Shown: positions 10,647 through 21,210 of the stretch, piece by piece
How the letters are laid out: every line of letters starts with the position of its first letter
Position numbering within the stretch: the first letter of the stretch is position 1
From: Savitreella phatthalungensis
Taxonomy: Eukaryota
Length of the DNA: 64,000 nt
Assembly (NCBI GenBank): GCA_051599415.1
Contig: AP039712.1
Span: forward strand, 124,001-188,000
Direction: 5' to 3'
Made by a program: the position numbers and the translations under genes
The notes under the pieces: generated by a model
Seen by the model: only the letters and a program-made list of their open reading frames with translations
The model's database searches: none
Told to the model about the DNA's origin: nothing

Positions 10647-12185
10647 ATGTTGCTGTGTGAGGACCCGCCGTTTCTTGACTTGCTGGAAGCTGTGCGGCGT
10701 GGCGACTTGGAGCAGGTGTCCACGCTGGTTGAGAACTTTGGCGTTGACGTCAATCGGGTGGATAAGTATGACTACTCGCCGCTGATCCTCGCCAGCCTGT
10801 GTGGACACATGCCTGTCGTCAAATATCTGCTCGAACACGGCGCCGTGCTCGAGAGAGATACATTCGACGGGGCCAGATGCTTGTACGGTGCTCTGAATGA
10901 TGAGATTCGGAATCTGCTTCTCAAGTATGACGCCTCCACAGCAGTCGACCTCATGCAGCCATTTGCAGCCCACCTCTCGTCGCTCTTCCGAAAGACCGCG
11001 CTCCTGGACTGTCACGACGTCGTCTTCGACGGCAGGTACGAGGCTCACCGTTTCCTGCTAGGTGCTCGGTCCGCACATCTGCGAGGGGTTCTGGCAAAGA
11101 AGGCATCAGGCGGTGTAGGAAGCGAGGCTAACATCCGGATAGGGGAAGGCGAGAAGGACGCGCTCGAGTACCTGCTGAGATGGCTGTATGTGGACGCTCG
11201 CGACACAGGTCTGTCGCAGGGAGAGATGGCGCAGCTCCTCCTCCTCGCAGATCGATTGGGACTTGAAGACATTGCAGACTTTTATCTAAATCCGAAAGAC
11301 CTCCCAAGGCGGGATCTTCGACAGCAGCAATCTCGCAGAGCACAGGACGATATGGAACGGTGGGTGGACGAGGAGGTGCTCGGGAAGGCGTTCGAAGTCA
11401 GTGCTCCGGTTGGAGAATGCAGCGAGCTGGCAAGAGAGGCGTTCAAGCGAGTTGAAAACTCTCCTGCGGACTGCCTACTTGCAATTCCATCCCCTGGTGG
11501 CGCGCTCGTCTACCCGGTCTCGCGTGCGATGCTCATCCGATCAGAGTACTATCTGACACTGTTCACGTCGCCGTTTGCAGAAGCGCAGACATCGCTGCCG
11601 GTGACGACGCTGGAGGTCGATCGGCCGGTCGCAGAGATCGTCCTCCGTTTTCTGTACACGGATAAGGCTGAGATTCCGCGAGAGCTGGCGGTCCAGGTGG
11701 TTGAGACTGCGTCGTTCCTCCTGATGGACAAGGATCGATCGCTGAAATCGCTTGCCGCCATTGCCCTTACCTCAGACGAAGACGAGCTGCCCGAGGGCAC
11801 AGACATCTATGCCATCCTCCGTGTCGCCTGGCTGACAGACACCCCTCGCCTAGAACAGTTCGCGGCCCGCTGGATCGCACACCACTTTGACGCCTGTATT
11901 TTCTCCACCGACTTTGCAGACGCAGTGCTCGAGTCCGCTGGCAGGATCAGGGATAGACAAGAGACCGATACGGTCGAGCTTGTGGATGATATCAGGTTCT
12001 ATCTCCAGGACAGGTTCGGCATCTACTTTGGGCTCGAGAGCGCAGAGCGCCAGAGAGAGATGCGCGGCAAGGAGATTGAGAATGACGTCTTCCTCCCAGG
12101 CGGACTCACCCAGTACGAGCTCGACTATAACGAGACACTCCGGAAGCTCGATGATGTGCTCGGCGGCCTCAACCTGGACGTGTGA
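10647..12185 (+). CDS. Ankyrin-repeat + BTB/POZ Cul3 adaptor (Btb3/ABTB1-like)
   Basis: Ankyrin motif VNRVDKYDYSPLILASLCGH...ERDTFDGARCLYGAL; two BTB segments (AHRFLLGARS; LIRSEYY..LF); RQETDTVELVDDIR. Confidence 0.88.
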   Translation: MLLCEDPPFLDLLEAVRRGDLEQVSTLVENFGVDVNRVDKYDYSPLILASLCGHMPVVKYLLEHGAVLERDTFDGARCLYGALNDEIRNLLLKYDASTAVDLMQPFAAHLSSLFRKTALLDCHDVVFDGRYEAHRFLLGARSAHLRGVLAKKASGGVGSEANIRIGEGEKDALEYLLRWLYVDARDTGLSQGEMAQLLLLADRLGLEDIADFYLNPKDLPRRDLRQQQSRRAQDDMERWVDEEVLGKAFEVSAPVGECSELAREAFKRVENSPADCLLAIPSPGGALVYPVSRAMLIRSEYYLTLFTSPFAEAQTSLPVTTLEVDRPVAEIVLRFLYTDKAEIPRELAVQVVETASFLLMDKDRSLKSLAAIALTSDEDELPEGTDIYAILRVAWLTDTPRLEQFAARWIAHHFDACIFSTDFADAVLESAGRIRDRQETDTVELVDDIRFYLQDRFGIYFGLESAERQREMRGKEIENDVFLPGGLTQYELDYNETLRKLDDVLGGLNLDV

Positions 12186-12368
12186 GGCACGACCACGCCA
12201 ACGAAGTGTACAACCACACGAAGATGTATGACAATTAACCGAAGGACAGGACAGAGCAAAATATGAGACATGACATTGAATTCTAGCGTAGGTGAGTGCA
12301 CGAGTAGTACGCCTGACCGATTCATTTCGTGAGGAGGGCTGGGGCTCGATCCGGTCTGAGCCTCAGGC

Positions 12369-13112
12369 TCAAGCTCTTGGGGTAGCCAGGAGAACAGGTG
12401 GCTTGGCGTATCTGCCAAAGGCAGTCTCGCCGATGAAGAGGCCGACGAGGACGGCGAAGAAGTAGCCTGCATTGCCCGTCATCACAATCAGCATCAGCAG
12501 ATACCCTAGCCCTGCATACAGAAAGTGAAGCAGGCCTCTGGGCACATCCACCGTCAACCGCCAAGGATTGACAATCCGGCCGCCAGCAGCAGGCTCGATC
12601 GCGCGTGCTGGCAGGACTACCTGGAGTGGTGTCTTTTCCCCGTGAATTGCTGGATCCGCAGCGGGAGTGGTGACTGTAGTGGATGGACCGGGATGGCGAG
12701 AGGCGTTGGCGGTATCTTCGGACGAGATGGATGGCTGGTAGTTTGTAGAGTCACGGCGGATGAAGACGGCGTCGACGGCATCGATGTCGCACTCGCTCGC
12801 TGCGTCCACACGCCGTACCAGCACACTGCCCTTCTCCAAGTTGCGCACTCGCACCTTGCGCTCCCAAACGTGCATGTATGCGCTCACCGCCCGAGTCAAA
12901 ATCCCAAGCACCATCACAGCCAGCCAGGTGACAGCATAAGCACCAGACGACCGAGGCGACCAGGACGCCCACAGGATCGGGTCTCTGAACGAGGTGTGGA
13001 AGAGAGACATCATCATCGAGGAGGATGAAGATGAGGTGGAAGACGAAGTGTCACCTGTCGAGGATGTAGACCCCATGTCCATATTCATGTCCATGCCACT
13101 GTGAGCCACCAT
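12369..13112 (-). CDS. Ctr-family copper transporter
   Basis: Met-rich N-terminus (MDMNMDM, MMM), TM1, and YLLMLIVMT (MxxxM) followed by GLFIG (GxxxG). Confidence 0.92.
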   Translation of the reverse strand: MVAHSGMDMNMDMGSTSSTGDTSSSTSSSSSSMMMSLFHTSFRDPILWASWSPRSSGAYAVTWLAVMVLGILTRAVSAYMHVWERKVRVRNLEKGSVLVRRVDAASECDIDAVDAVFIRRDSTNYQPSISSEDTANASRHPGPSTTVTTPAADPAIHGEKTPLQVVLPARAIEPAAGGRIVNPWRLTVDVPRGLLHFLYAGLGYLLMLIVMTGNAGYFFAVLVGLFIGETAFGRYAKPPVLLATPRA

Positions 13113-13863
13113 GTTCTAGTCAACCAGGCAAGCGAGCGTGAAGCAGAGAAGCGGACTTCGGAAAGAGATGATCCCTTCAGAAGTTGTAGCGGTGCGGAGG
13201 ACAGGGAAGAACACCGGGCACGGATATCACTGCGTTGTTGAAAGACTTTGTGAGTCAGCTGAGGCGCGACTTCGATGACAATAGAAGGTCGACGAGGCAA
13301 TGGACGATAGAAGGAGAAGGGAGACTCAGTACAGTCGAGGAAGATTCACGGGTGACTGGATCGATGGATGGATGTATGGATGTGTGACGGAGAATGTGTC
13401 CAGTAGTCAAGGTAGAGAGTGTGACAGGATGGAAGGGCGTGTAAAGCGTGGTGACCATCTGATCTGAACTGAACTGAACAGATCTGAGCTCTCTTCCTGT
13501 TGCGCTTTTGTCTCGAATGTGTAACAAATCCCTCAACCGGAGACTCACATCCATCCTCCAGGATACGCAATCGGAGCGTATCCTCGGGGTGAGTATAGCT
13601 GATGAGGGTGTAGAACAAAAAGAGTTCGGGATTCTATCGGAGTTTTCTCCGGAATAGAAGAGGAATCTGGATCTGTTGACTTCTAAACAGCAACAAACAC
13701 TGCCAACGAACCCTTCAATCAACGAGTCAAGCCTCTACTCTACTCAGTCACTCCACCACTCACTCGATCACTCACTCAGCAGACAGTCTACACCTACTGT
13801 ACAACCCCTGTCACAACCTCGTACTACCCGTCGTACAAGATTGTACTACCTCTCTAGACCACC

Positions 13864-13949
13864 GTCGCACAAAGTGGTGACACCTCGCACAAAACAACCC
13901 TCGCACAAGTACCCTCGCACAAGTACCCTCGCACAAACACCCTCGCGCA
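13864..13949. repeat. Tandem array of ~14-bp units containing TCGCACAA in the Ctr/NIMA divergent promoter
   Basis: Five TCGCACAA copies (e.g. ccctcgcacaagta x2) plus one variant. Confidence 0.85.
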
Positions 13950-14079
13950 TACTCTGACAAGGGTCTACCGGGATTACTGACGCGCTTTTTACCTCCTCCT
14001 CTCCCTTCCCTCTCCACTCTTACCCCTTTTCAACGCCGTTCACCCCCTCTCACATTCCCTCGGTCTGCCCTCTCCGCCG

Positions 14080-16041
14080 ATGAAGCCAGACGAGTATACA
14101 GTCGTGGCACCCATCGGTAAGGGCAGCTTCGGCCTTGTACATAAAGTTCAGAGGCGTCTCGATGGCGCGATTCTCTGTCGGAAGGAGATCCTGTGGGCGC
14201 GCATGTCAGTTCGAGAGCGTGAGCAGCTAGCTCAAGAGCTCTCAATCCTCAGAGGACTTCAGCATCCAAACATCGTCCAGTACATCACAGACGTCGTCGA
14301 CCCACACACCAAGGTCGTTCACATCTTCATGGAGTACTGCGGCAATGGTGACCTGTCCGACCTGATACGCGACTATCGAGAAAGCGGTAATCCGCCAAGG
14401 CGCGTGCCAGAGTCAGTTGTATGGCAAATCTTCGCCCAGGCTACTGCCGCTCTCCACCGGTGTCACACAGGCACAGGCTCCATGACATCCGCTGACGCCA
14501 CCACCGGAGACAATGTCGTCCTCCACCGTGACATCAAACCACAGAACATCTTCCTCGACCACAACAACCGTGTCAAGCTCGGCGACTTTGGGTTGTCGAA
14601 GCAGCTCGGTTCAGGGTCGGCAGGTCTGGCAGAGACGTACGTCGGCACACCCTTCTACATGTCACCGGAACTCATCATGGGCAGACGGTATTGCTCAAAG
14701 TCGGATATCTGGGCACTCGGCTGTGTTATCTACGAGGTCGCTGCACTTACCACGCCTTTCTACGCCGCCAACCAGGAGGAACTGAATCGCAAGATCCGCG
14801 CAGGCAACGTGGCCTCCCTCGAGCGATACGGCTACAGTGCGGCGCTCAACGCAGCCGTCAGATCTTGTCTCGTTCGGGACGAAGCATCGAGACCGTCTGC
14901 AGCTGGGCTGCTGAAGCTTCAGGAGATGCAGCTCGCTCGACAGGTGCTCGACAATGCCGATCGAGAGGCTGCCCTATTGCGGCGAGAGGCGGAAGTTGTC
15001 GTCAGGGAGAAACAGGTCGAGGCTGCGATCCAGGAGAAGCAGGAAGAGTTTGCCCGTCGCGAGGAAGCCTTGCATCGGCGAGAGTTAGCGTCTACCATCT
15101 CGTCGACGGCAGAAGCTCTCTCCCGCGCACTTGACGACGCACGCCGCCAGATTGATCTCCTCCTCCGTGACAAAGAAGCTCTGCAGGGCAGATTGACCGC
15201 GCTCGAATCAACACCGAGAATCCTCGCAGCCACCTCTGCCTCCAATCGCCCTTCGCTCGCGCGCGCCCAGACAGAAGACCCTCTCCACCTCCTTCCCGTC
15301 CCGTCCACTTTCGCATCGGCAGCGACAACCACTTCATCAAACGATCGGCCAGACTCCCGTCACTCTTTGCGCTCCCCACATCGACGAAAGTCGCAAATCC
15401 CCATGTCACGCGTCCGACCGAGCGTCGACAATGCTGCCAACACGTGTCACAACGCAGGAACTGGGACTGGCATTGGGCTAGGTCCACCGAAGATGTTGTT
15501 TGGGGGTGTCGGAAAGGAAGGACTTGAGAACGTACGCCCTCATTCGGCCACTGGATTCGTTGATCGGCAGCCTGAGCACGGTGTCGGCAGGCTGATCGAG
15601 CGTCGATCGTCGCTGCCGAGGGCGAGTCCAGTACGTGACCTGTCGATGAAGACGCTCACACTGGAGAGCGGTCGTCAGACTCTGGAGGATTCCCCGCTGT
15701 CTCCTAGAAAGCTGGCATACCCTTCTCCGTCACGGGCAACAGCGAGGACGCTGTTTGGTGCTAAGCGGGTTGCACCTCCTGCTCCCCTACAGGCATCCCC
15801 TACACAGCCGGCATTCTCCCGATCCAACACCCTCCGCCTCGAGCGCGAGAGAGAATCTACCGCGAGGCAGCGCAGAGACGTCGTCATCCAGACCCAACCA
15901 GTCCACCAAAGACTCTCGCGCACAAACTCAGCAGCCTCTCACCTTCACGACACCAACGACCATCACGACAACGACAATGATAATCACAACGACGATGACC
16001 TGCCTTCACCTTTCATCAAGCGGCAGTACCTGCTCGTATAA
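14080..16041 (+). CDS. nimA: NIMA-family Ser/Thr kinase (NimA/Fin1/Kin3)
   Basis: IGKGSFG, CRKEI, ELSILRGLQHPNIVQY, MEYCGNGDL, LHRDIKPQNIFL, LGDFGLSK, TYVGTPFYMSPE; coiled coil; C-terminal DLPSPF. Confidence 0.92.
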   Translation: MKPDEYTVVAPIGKGSFGLVHKVQRRLDGAILCRKEILWARMSVREREQLAQELSILRGLQHPNIVQYITDVVDPHTKVVHIFMEYCGNGDLSDLIRDYRESGNPPRRVPESVVWQIFAQATAALHRCHTGTGSMTSADATTGDNVVLHRDIKPQNIFLDHNNRVKLGDFGLSKQLGSGSAGLAETYVGTPFYMSPELIMGRRYCSKSDIWALGCVIYEVAALTTPFYAANQEELNRKIRAGNVASLERYGYSAALNAAVRSCLVRDEASRPSAAGLLKLQEMQLARQVLDNADREAALLRREAEVVVREKQVEAAIQEKQEEFARREEALHRRELASTISSTAEALSRALDDARRQIDLLLRDKEALQGRLTALESTPRILAATSASNRPSLARAQTEDPLHLLPVPSTFASAATTTSSNDRPDSRHSLRSPHRRKSQIPMSRVRPSVDNAANTCHNAGTGTGIGLGPPKMLFGGVGKEGLENVRPHSATGFVDRQPEHGVGRLIERRSSLPRASPVRDLSMKTLTLESGRQTLEDSPLSPRKLAYPSPSRATARTLFGAKRVAPPAPLQASPTQPAFSRSNTLRLERERESTARQRRDVVIQTQPVHQRLSRTNSAASHLHDTNDHHDNDNDNHNDDDLPSPFIKRQYLLV

Positions 16042-16324
16042 TACAGACGTAGACAGTAACTTCCAGTCTTCCTTGACCTGAGGATGTGATGTCTGTGAGA
16101 CCTTGACCTCAGACTTCCTTGTGAGAGTTGGGTTTGTGGTAGGTGGTAGCGGTGTTTGTCCTCGTACAAACTTTCCTCGGTGATCAACAATTTCCCGTAT
16201 TGGGAATTCCAATACCAGGACTACAAACTCATCCATTAACCCCCGCCCACCTGTGACGTACACCTTCAAGAGCACCCAACACCATCGCAAGACACTTGAC
16301 CAATTCTCTTCACACAGCTGCACT

Positions 16325-16770
16325 ATGAATCTCGCATCTCTCTTCTCACGCACTAAGCCAGTCGTCTCCCTGTTGTAAGTCACCATCCCCTTTAGCTTCC
16401 ATCGCGTGTTACTAACATCCCGAAAAGCCATGCGCCAGCGAGTCCGCCATCGAAAGCCGCATTGACACTCCTGAAGTCTTTGGTGGAGGCGCGCGAGCGT
16501 GGTGAAGGATCAGGTCGGCCAGTGGAGTTGGAGGTCAGCGAAGGAAGTCCAACGGCGACGCAGCTTTCATCGATCTTGGGTTTCCGTGGTGCCGAGGAGG
16601 TCGGCAAGGTTGTGAAGGGGAGTGTTGGTGCTGAGGATGCAGCGAAGTTGATGAAGAAGAGGCCGGAGTCGCTGACGAGGCCACTCGTGGTCGATTGGGG
16701 GAATGGCAAGGCTTTGGTCGGCGACGAGTGCACGGAAGCCAAGATCCGCACGCTCGTCGATGGGATCTAG
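16325..16770 (+). CDS. FMP46: Fmp46/DUF1687 thioredoxin-like mitochondrial protein; exons 16325-16374 and 16428-16770
   Basis: 53-nt intron GTAAGT...ACTAAC...AAG. Spliced product MNLASLFSRTKPVVSLFHAPASPPSKAALTLL...PTATQLSSIL...RPLVVDW. Confidence 0.8.
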
Positions 16771-16860
16771 AGAAGGGGAAGACTACTACTGCTGCTTTGA
16801 TAACGCCATCGATATAGTATATACATATTTCCCAGGTAAAGAGTAGGAGCACAAGGCACT

Positions 16861-18486
16861 TTAGCCGCGCTTGCAACCGTCGTGCAGGCCACCCACGTGA
16901 CCATTGTACAGGGCGACATCGTCCATGGCAGCCTGCTCAATGCCAGAGTCCGATTTGGCGACCTTGCCAGCTCCAGGCCGATGGCGGCTCGCTTCTAGCT
17001 TGTCTAGGGTGTCGCTGTCGACGCCGGAGATGTACGTGCCCGAGAAGACGCCGACCTCGAATGTGGTGACGTTCGGGTTGCTGCACTCCTCCAGACACGC
17101 GTGGACGAGGTCGTCGAGTTCCTGGTAGATGACTTTGTCTGCACCAATCGCCCTCGAGATCTCATCGTGGGTGCGGTCGTGGGCGACGAGGTCTGCCCTG
17201 TCCGCGAGATCGATGCCGTAGATGTGGTTGTGGCGGATAGGTGGTGCGCAGGAGGCAAAGTATACTTTTACAGCTCCAGCATCACGCGCCATCTGCACAA
17301 TCTCCTTCGACGTCGTTCCGCGCACAATCGAGTCGTCCACGATCAACACAGACTTCCCTCGGAACTCCTGCGCCTGCGCATTCAGCTTCCGTCGGACATT
17401 CTGTCGGCGGACCTGCTGACCAGGCATGATGAAGGTTCTGCCAACATACCGGTTCTTGATAAATCCTTCCTTGTAGTTCAGCCCGAGATACTGGGCCAGC
17501 TCGAGCGCGGAATTCCGGGATGTGTCTGGTACTGGGACAACGACATCGATAAGGGACTTGTACTCTGGACCGAGTGCCTTGACGACCTGTCCCGCGAGTT
17601 TGATCCCCATCGCCAGCCGCGACCGGTAGACGGAGATGCCATCCATGATGGAATCTGGTCTGGCGAAATACACGTACTCGAAGATGTCTGGCGAGTAGCT
17701 CTGTGCTGGAACGACCTGACGGGGTGTCACGACAGGGTCGAATCGGCCTGTTTCTGGGGATGGCTGCTTGCGTTGGCGGACGATGATGCACTCGCCAGGC
17801 AACACGTCGCGCACATCGGTGTATCCGAGCTGCGAAAGCACCACGCTCTCGGACGCAAACATGTAGTCCTTTCCAAATCTCGTCTCCCGGGAACCCAAAA
17901 CAAGCGGCCTGATACCATGCGGATCTCTGAATCCGAGAATTCCAAACCCAGCCAGCATTGCCACACATGCATATCCGCCTGCACACATGCCGTACATCCT
18001 GCCAAGTGCGGTGAACAAGTCCTCCTCGTTGATGCGGACCTTGTCTGTGTCTGCGAGGAAGGAGGCAAAGATGTTGAGGAGGACCTCTGAGTCGGAGTCC
18101 GTGTTGACATGGCGATGTGCGGTCTGGTCGAGGTACGCCTTGAGCTCGGGTGTGTTGACCAGGTTGCCGTTGTGTGCGAAGGAGATGCCGTAGGGTGAGT
18201 TGACGTAGAATGGTTGTGCTTCTGAATTTGCGCTGCTTCCGGCAGTCGGATACCGCAGATGCGCGATACCCATATTCCCGATCAAGCCCTGCATCACTGT
18301 CGGCCCGCCAAACACGTTCGCCACCATACCGTTGCCCTTGACCTGGTAGAACCGACCGCGAGGACCACACGTGACCATACCAGCCGCGTCCTGGCCCCGG
18401 TGCTGCGCAATGTACAGACCTTCCGAGAGATCCGCACAGGCAAAGCCCTCGGGATTAGCGACCACGCATCCAAGAATGCCACACAT
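16861..18486 (-). CDS. ADE4: Amidophosphoribosyltransferase
   Basis: MCGILG N-terminal nucleophile Cys, QHRGQDAAG, HLRYPTAG, HNGN, DIFEYVYFARPDS, PRPP motif VLIVDDSIVRGTTS. A 5'-UTR intron 18487-18650 (GTATGT...ACTGAC...CAG) ends directly at the ATG. Confidence 0.97.
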   Translation of the reverse strand: MCGILGCVVANPEGFACADLSEGLYIAQHRGQDAAGMVTCGPRGRFYQVKGNGMVANVFGGPTVMQGLIGNMGIAHLRYPTAGSSANSEAQPFYVNSPYGISFAHNGNLVNTPELKAYLDQTAHRHVNTDSDSEVLLNIFASFLADTDKVRINEEDLFTALGRMYGMCAGGYACVAMLAGFGILGFRDPHGIRPLVLGSRETRFGKDYMFASESVVLSQLGYTDVRDVLPGECIIVRQRKQPSPETGRFDPVVTPRQVVPAQSYSPDIFEYVYFARPDSIMDGISVYRSRLAMGIKLAGQVVKALGPEYKSLIDVVVPVPDTSRNSALELAQYLGLNYKEGFIKNRYVGRTFIMPGQQVRRQNVRRKLNAQAQEFRGKSVLIVDDSIVRGTTSKEIVQMARDAGAVKVYFASCAPPIRHNHIYGIDLADRADLVAHDRTHDEISRAIGADKVIYQELDDLVHACLEECSNPNVTTFEVGVFSGTYISGVDSDTLDKLEASRHRPGAGKVAKSDSGIEQAAMDDVALYNGHVGGLHDGCKRG

Positions 18487-18542
18487 CTGAATGAAGAAGA
18501 AGGTCAGTGAATGTCCCAAATCGAGGGAATAGGAACGAATAG

Positions 18543-18619
18543 AAAGCTCAGCTCGGAAAATAGTTGTCTCTGATATGTGTGACAGAGTAGTCTAACATCT
18601 GATTGAGCATCATCGCCTC
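18543..18619 (-). ncRNA. Intronic box C/D snoRNA, snR58/SNORD104-like guide for LSU rRNA (yeast Cm663 equivalent)
   Basis: Box C AUGAUGC (18613-18607); 12-nt guide AGAUGUUAGACU (18600-18589) complementary to the fungal LSU sequence AGUCUAACAUCU as recalled; degenerate D' CUCU; box D CUGA (18551-18548); terminal stem GAGGC/GCUUU; ~45 nt upstream of the branch point. Confidence 0.72.
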
Positions 18620-19054
18620 GTCCGCAGGATCTTGAGGTGGTAGAACATACCTTGAGTTAGAGAGAGCGCGCGCGACTCCGGTGCTCTAGTGAATGGAGCT
18701 GCCTCGAAGGCTCTGTTCGATAGCGTGCCAGACGCAGATGACCTCGTACAGCCTGTCCTGCGTTCTGTACTATACGCTCTGGACCGCACTAGCTCACTAC
18801 TATCTCCGTACCAGGTCTGTTGTTGTACGACCCTAGTACAGTGAGTACAAGAAAATGAAAAACGGAAAGAAAAAAAAATTAAGATGAGATTGATCAAACA
18901 CGTGATTGATAATAATCTTCTACTTTCAACCTCGCACATGCATTCCGAGTCAGAAGTGGCTGTTTGTGGCAAAGTACAACGGCTCCATCAGAGGTTACGA
19001 CAACATCATCGGTGACGTATAACTCCAAGAGTTCTAGTGACGAGCAAGCAATCT

Positions 19055-19541
19055 ATGGATGATGAGCTAGGTAAACAAGTTCGTCAGTCAGCAGAAAAGA
19101 CTCACAAAGTACTTGAGGAATGTGCGCATCAGGTCGAGCATGAGTACAACGCTTTCCTCGTGCGATTAGCCCACCGCGTTGATCAGGTGAGTATACCATG
19201 ATACCCCAGATCATAGACAGCATGCTGACGTCAGCTCGCTCGGCAATCGCTCCTAGCAGCACAGTACCAAGCTCAGGAAGCGGAATCACTCTCAGGCCAG
19301 CTAGACCGCAGGTCAGATGCGCTCGAGATGACCCTCAGCACGGCCCGTCAATTGCAGCAGGAATTTCGAGACTTTGAGACGTTGTCCCAGGAATGGTGAG
19401 CGGGACACTAAGCATTCTTGCAGAACACCTCTCGTATCTCGAGGCTGACCACTGTGCAGTGACTTGCTATCGAGGAGGCTGGTAGATGTCGAGCGTGCGA
19501 TGGATAGGCTCAAATCCACGGGGCGGAGTTCGATGCGGTGA
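19055..19541 (+). CDS. Three-exon 124-aa coiled-coil protein (possibly a BLOC-1/BORC subunit such as Cnl1); exons 19055-19186, 19235-19395, 19460-19541
   Basis: Two canonical introns (GTGAGT..GCTGAC..CAG, 48 nt; GTGAGC..GCTGAC..CAG, 64 nt) join an open frame MDDELGKQVRQ...DLLSRRLVDVERAMDRLKSTGRSSMR. The family call is tentative. Confidence 0.75.
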
Positions 19542-20283
19542 TCTGAAAGATATGCATTAGTCATGACTCAAGCTGTGTACACTACAACACAGAGGTTATG
19601 CAACGATGGTTATCGTGGATGCTGGTGTGTGATGGAGAACAGAGCACAGCGAGGTACAGGTTCAATGCACTTTTTCCAATGCGACAACCTCATGAAAACG
19701 AAACAGATGTCCCAGAAGATTGCCCTTGCTTCTGCTAGCTCGATTTTGCAAAACGAGTCCTTCAGGTGCTTCAGTGGACCTGGTCGAAGAGAACGCTTGG
19801 ATGCTGTCCGCCTGAGACGGACAGTTTTGCAATCAGGTGCTTTGTAGGGAGGCTGGTATATGCAGACTGTGTCATTTGCAGATTCAAGCTGGCACTCGGT
19901 CGACACGGCTCAATGCAAATATCTCAGGCACAAGACAAAGATGTCTCAGATGTCACTGACGTCGTCTGTCATTCACATTTGCATAAAGCTTAATCTCCGG
20001 TTGGCCTTCCCCAGATTTATCACAGCCATCACATGTCAATCACACCTCGATTGCAATGCTCGCTTCGACGCAATTGACTCTTATGTCCGTCCAGGCCAAT
20101 GACTTTTGCAACGGAAGCATTGGCATTGGACGATTGCTAGCGACCACGACGACGGTTGACTCGCTCAGAGAAACCATAAAAGGAGGACTTTCCACCTCCT
20201 AGTTCATCATTCACAGACACAAGTCTCTACCTGACCTTTACACCGTCAAGTTACCACTTTCAAGTCTTCTCTCACATATCAAG

Positions 20284-21210
20284 ATGTCTTCCATCAATGT
20301 CAGCACTATCTCAAACGCCATCGCTCAGGCGAACCTTGCTACTGTCGCCGCTACCGCCGCGGCCGTTGCTCAAGCCAAGGCTCAGGGAGTCTCTTGCAAG
20401 GTCATCGCCAGGCAGGTGCAGCACATGGCTGCCAAGTCGCAGTCCAAGATCCCAATCAAGGCTGAGCCGATGCCCATCAAGCAGCAGCCACAGCAACAGA
20501 AGCGCCCCTACCGCTCGACCTTCACCGAGCTCTTCGACAATGCTGAACTTGCTGTCGCTGCAGCCAACACTCTCTCGCTGCCACCGATTCTCGCGTACCA
20601 GCCGGACAACATCACACCGAAGCTCAGCGCTGCTGTTCGCCGATCTGCAGAGCTTGACCCACGCTCCGTCCCACCAATTCTCCTGATTGGCGACAACGCC
20701 TACCTCCGTCCTCGGCCGGCCAAGCAAACTTCGAAGCTCCCAAAGCTCAAGGGCACGACGCGACCAATCAAGGTGATGAAGGTGGCGACGACGAACCCTG
20801 AAGGCCGTCGGGTTCCTCCTGGGATGCAATTCGCCACCTGCAATGCGCGTACGCCGGAGACAGTCAAGTCTACGGATGGTGGTGTCCAGCGTGAGACGTC
20901 GGTGGCATACCTGATCCGGATGGAGAAGCCTCGTGCTCGGACGCCGTTTGGGAAGGCGCTGCTGGCGAAGATCAAGTCGAAGGTGGTGTGTGCATTTGCA
21001 CGGAAGCCAGCCGTCTACAGGGCGCCCCGTGATGGAGAGAAAGTCCAGAAGCTGTCGAAGCGGATGATCAAGGTCATGTCGAGAGACCAAGTCGCCAACC
21101 ACAATGAACTCCTTCTCGACCAAGAGGTCCGTCAAGCGAACGAGCGCCGCGAACGCCGTCGTCAGAAGCAGGCAGCCTCTTTCTGGACTGCTTCACCCGG
21201 AATGTACTAG
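20284..21210 (+). CDS. Hypothetical basic (K/R/P-rich) protein, 308 aa
   Basis: Strong C/G-ending codon bias, aagATG context, CATAAAA at ~20176; no recognised domain. Confidence 0.7.
   Translation: MSSINVSTISNAIAQANLATVAATAAAVAQAKAQGVSCKVIARQVQHMAAKSQSKIPIKAEPMPIKQQPQQQKRPYRSTFTELFDNAELAVAAANTLSLPPILAYQPDNITPKLSAAVRRSAELDPRSVPPILLIGDNAYLRPRPAKQTSKLPKLKGTTRPIKVMKVATTNPEGRRVPPGMQFATCNARTPETVKSTDGGVQRETSVAYLIRMEKPRARTPFGKALLAKIKSKVVCAFARKPAVYRAPRDGEKVQKLSKRMIKVMSRDQVANHNELLLDQEVRQANERRERRRQKQAASFWTASPGMY

Noticed and set aside
3875..13112. Secondary-metabolite cluster around the NRPS-like gene
   Set aside because: Neighbours are housekeeping genes; no tailoring enzymes, exporter or cluster regulator.
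13561..13602. 8-bp hairpin (GGATACGC/GCGTATCC) and a CuSE-like GTATAGCTGA upstream of the Ctr gene
   Set aside because: A single match to a highly degenerate consensus is not distinguishable from chance.
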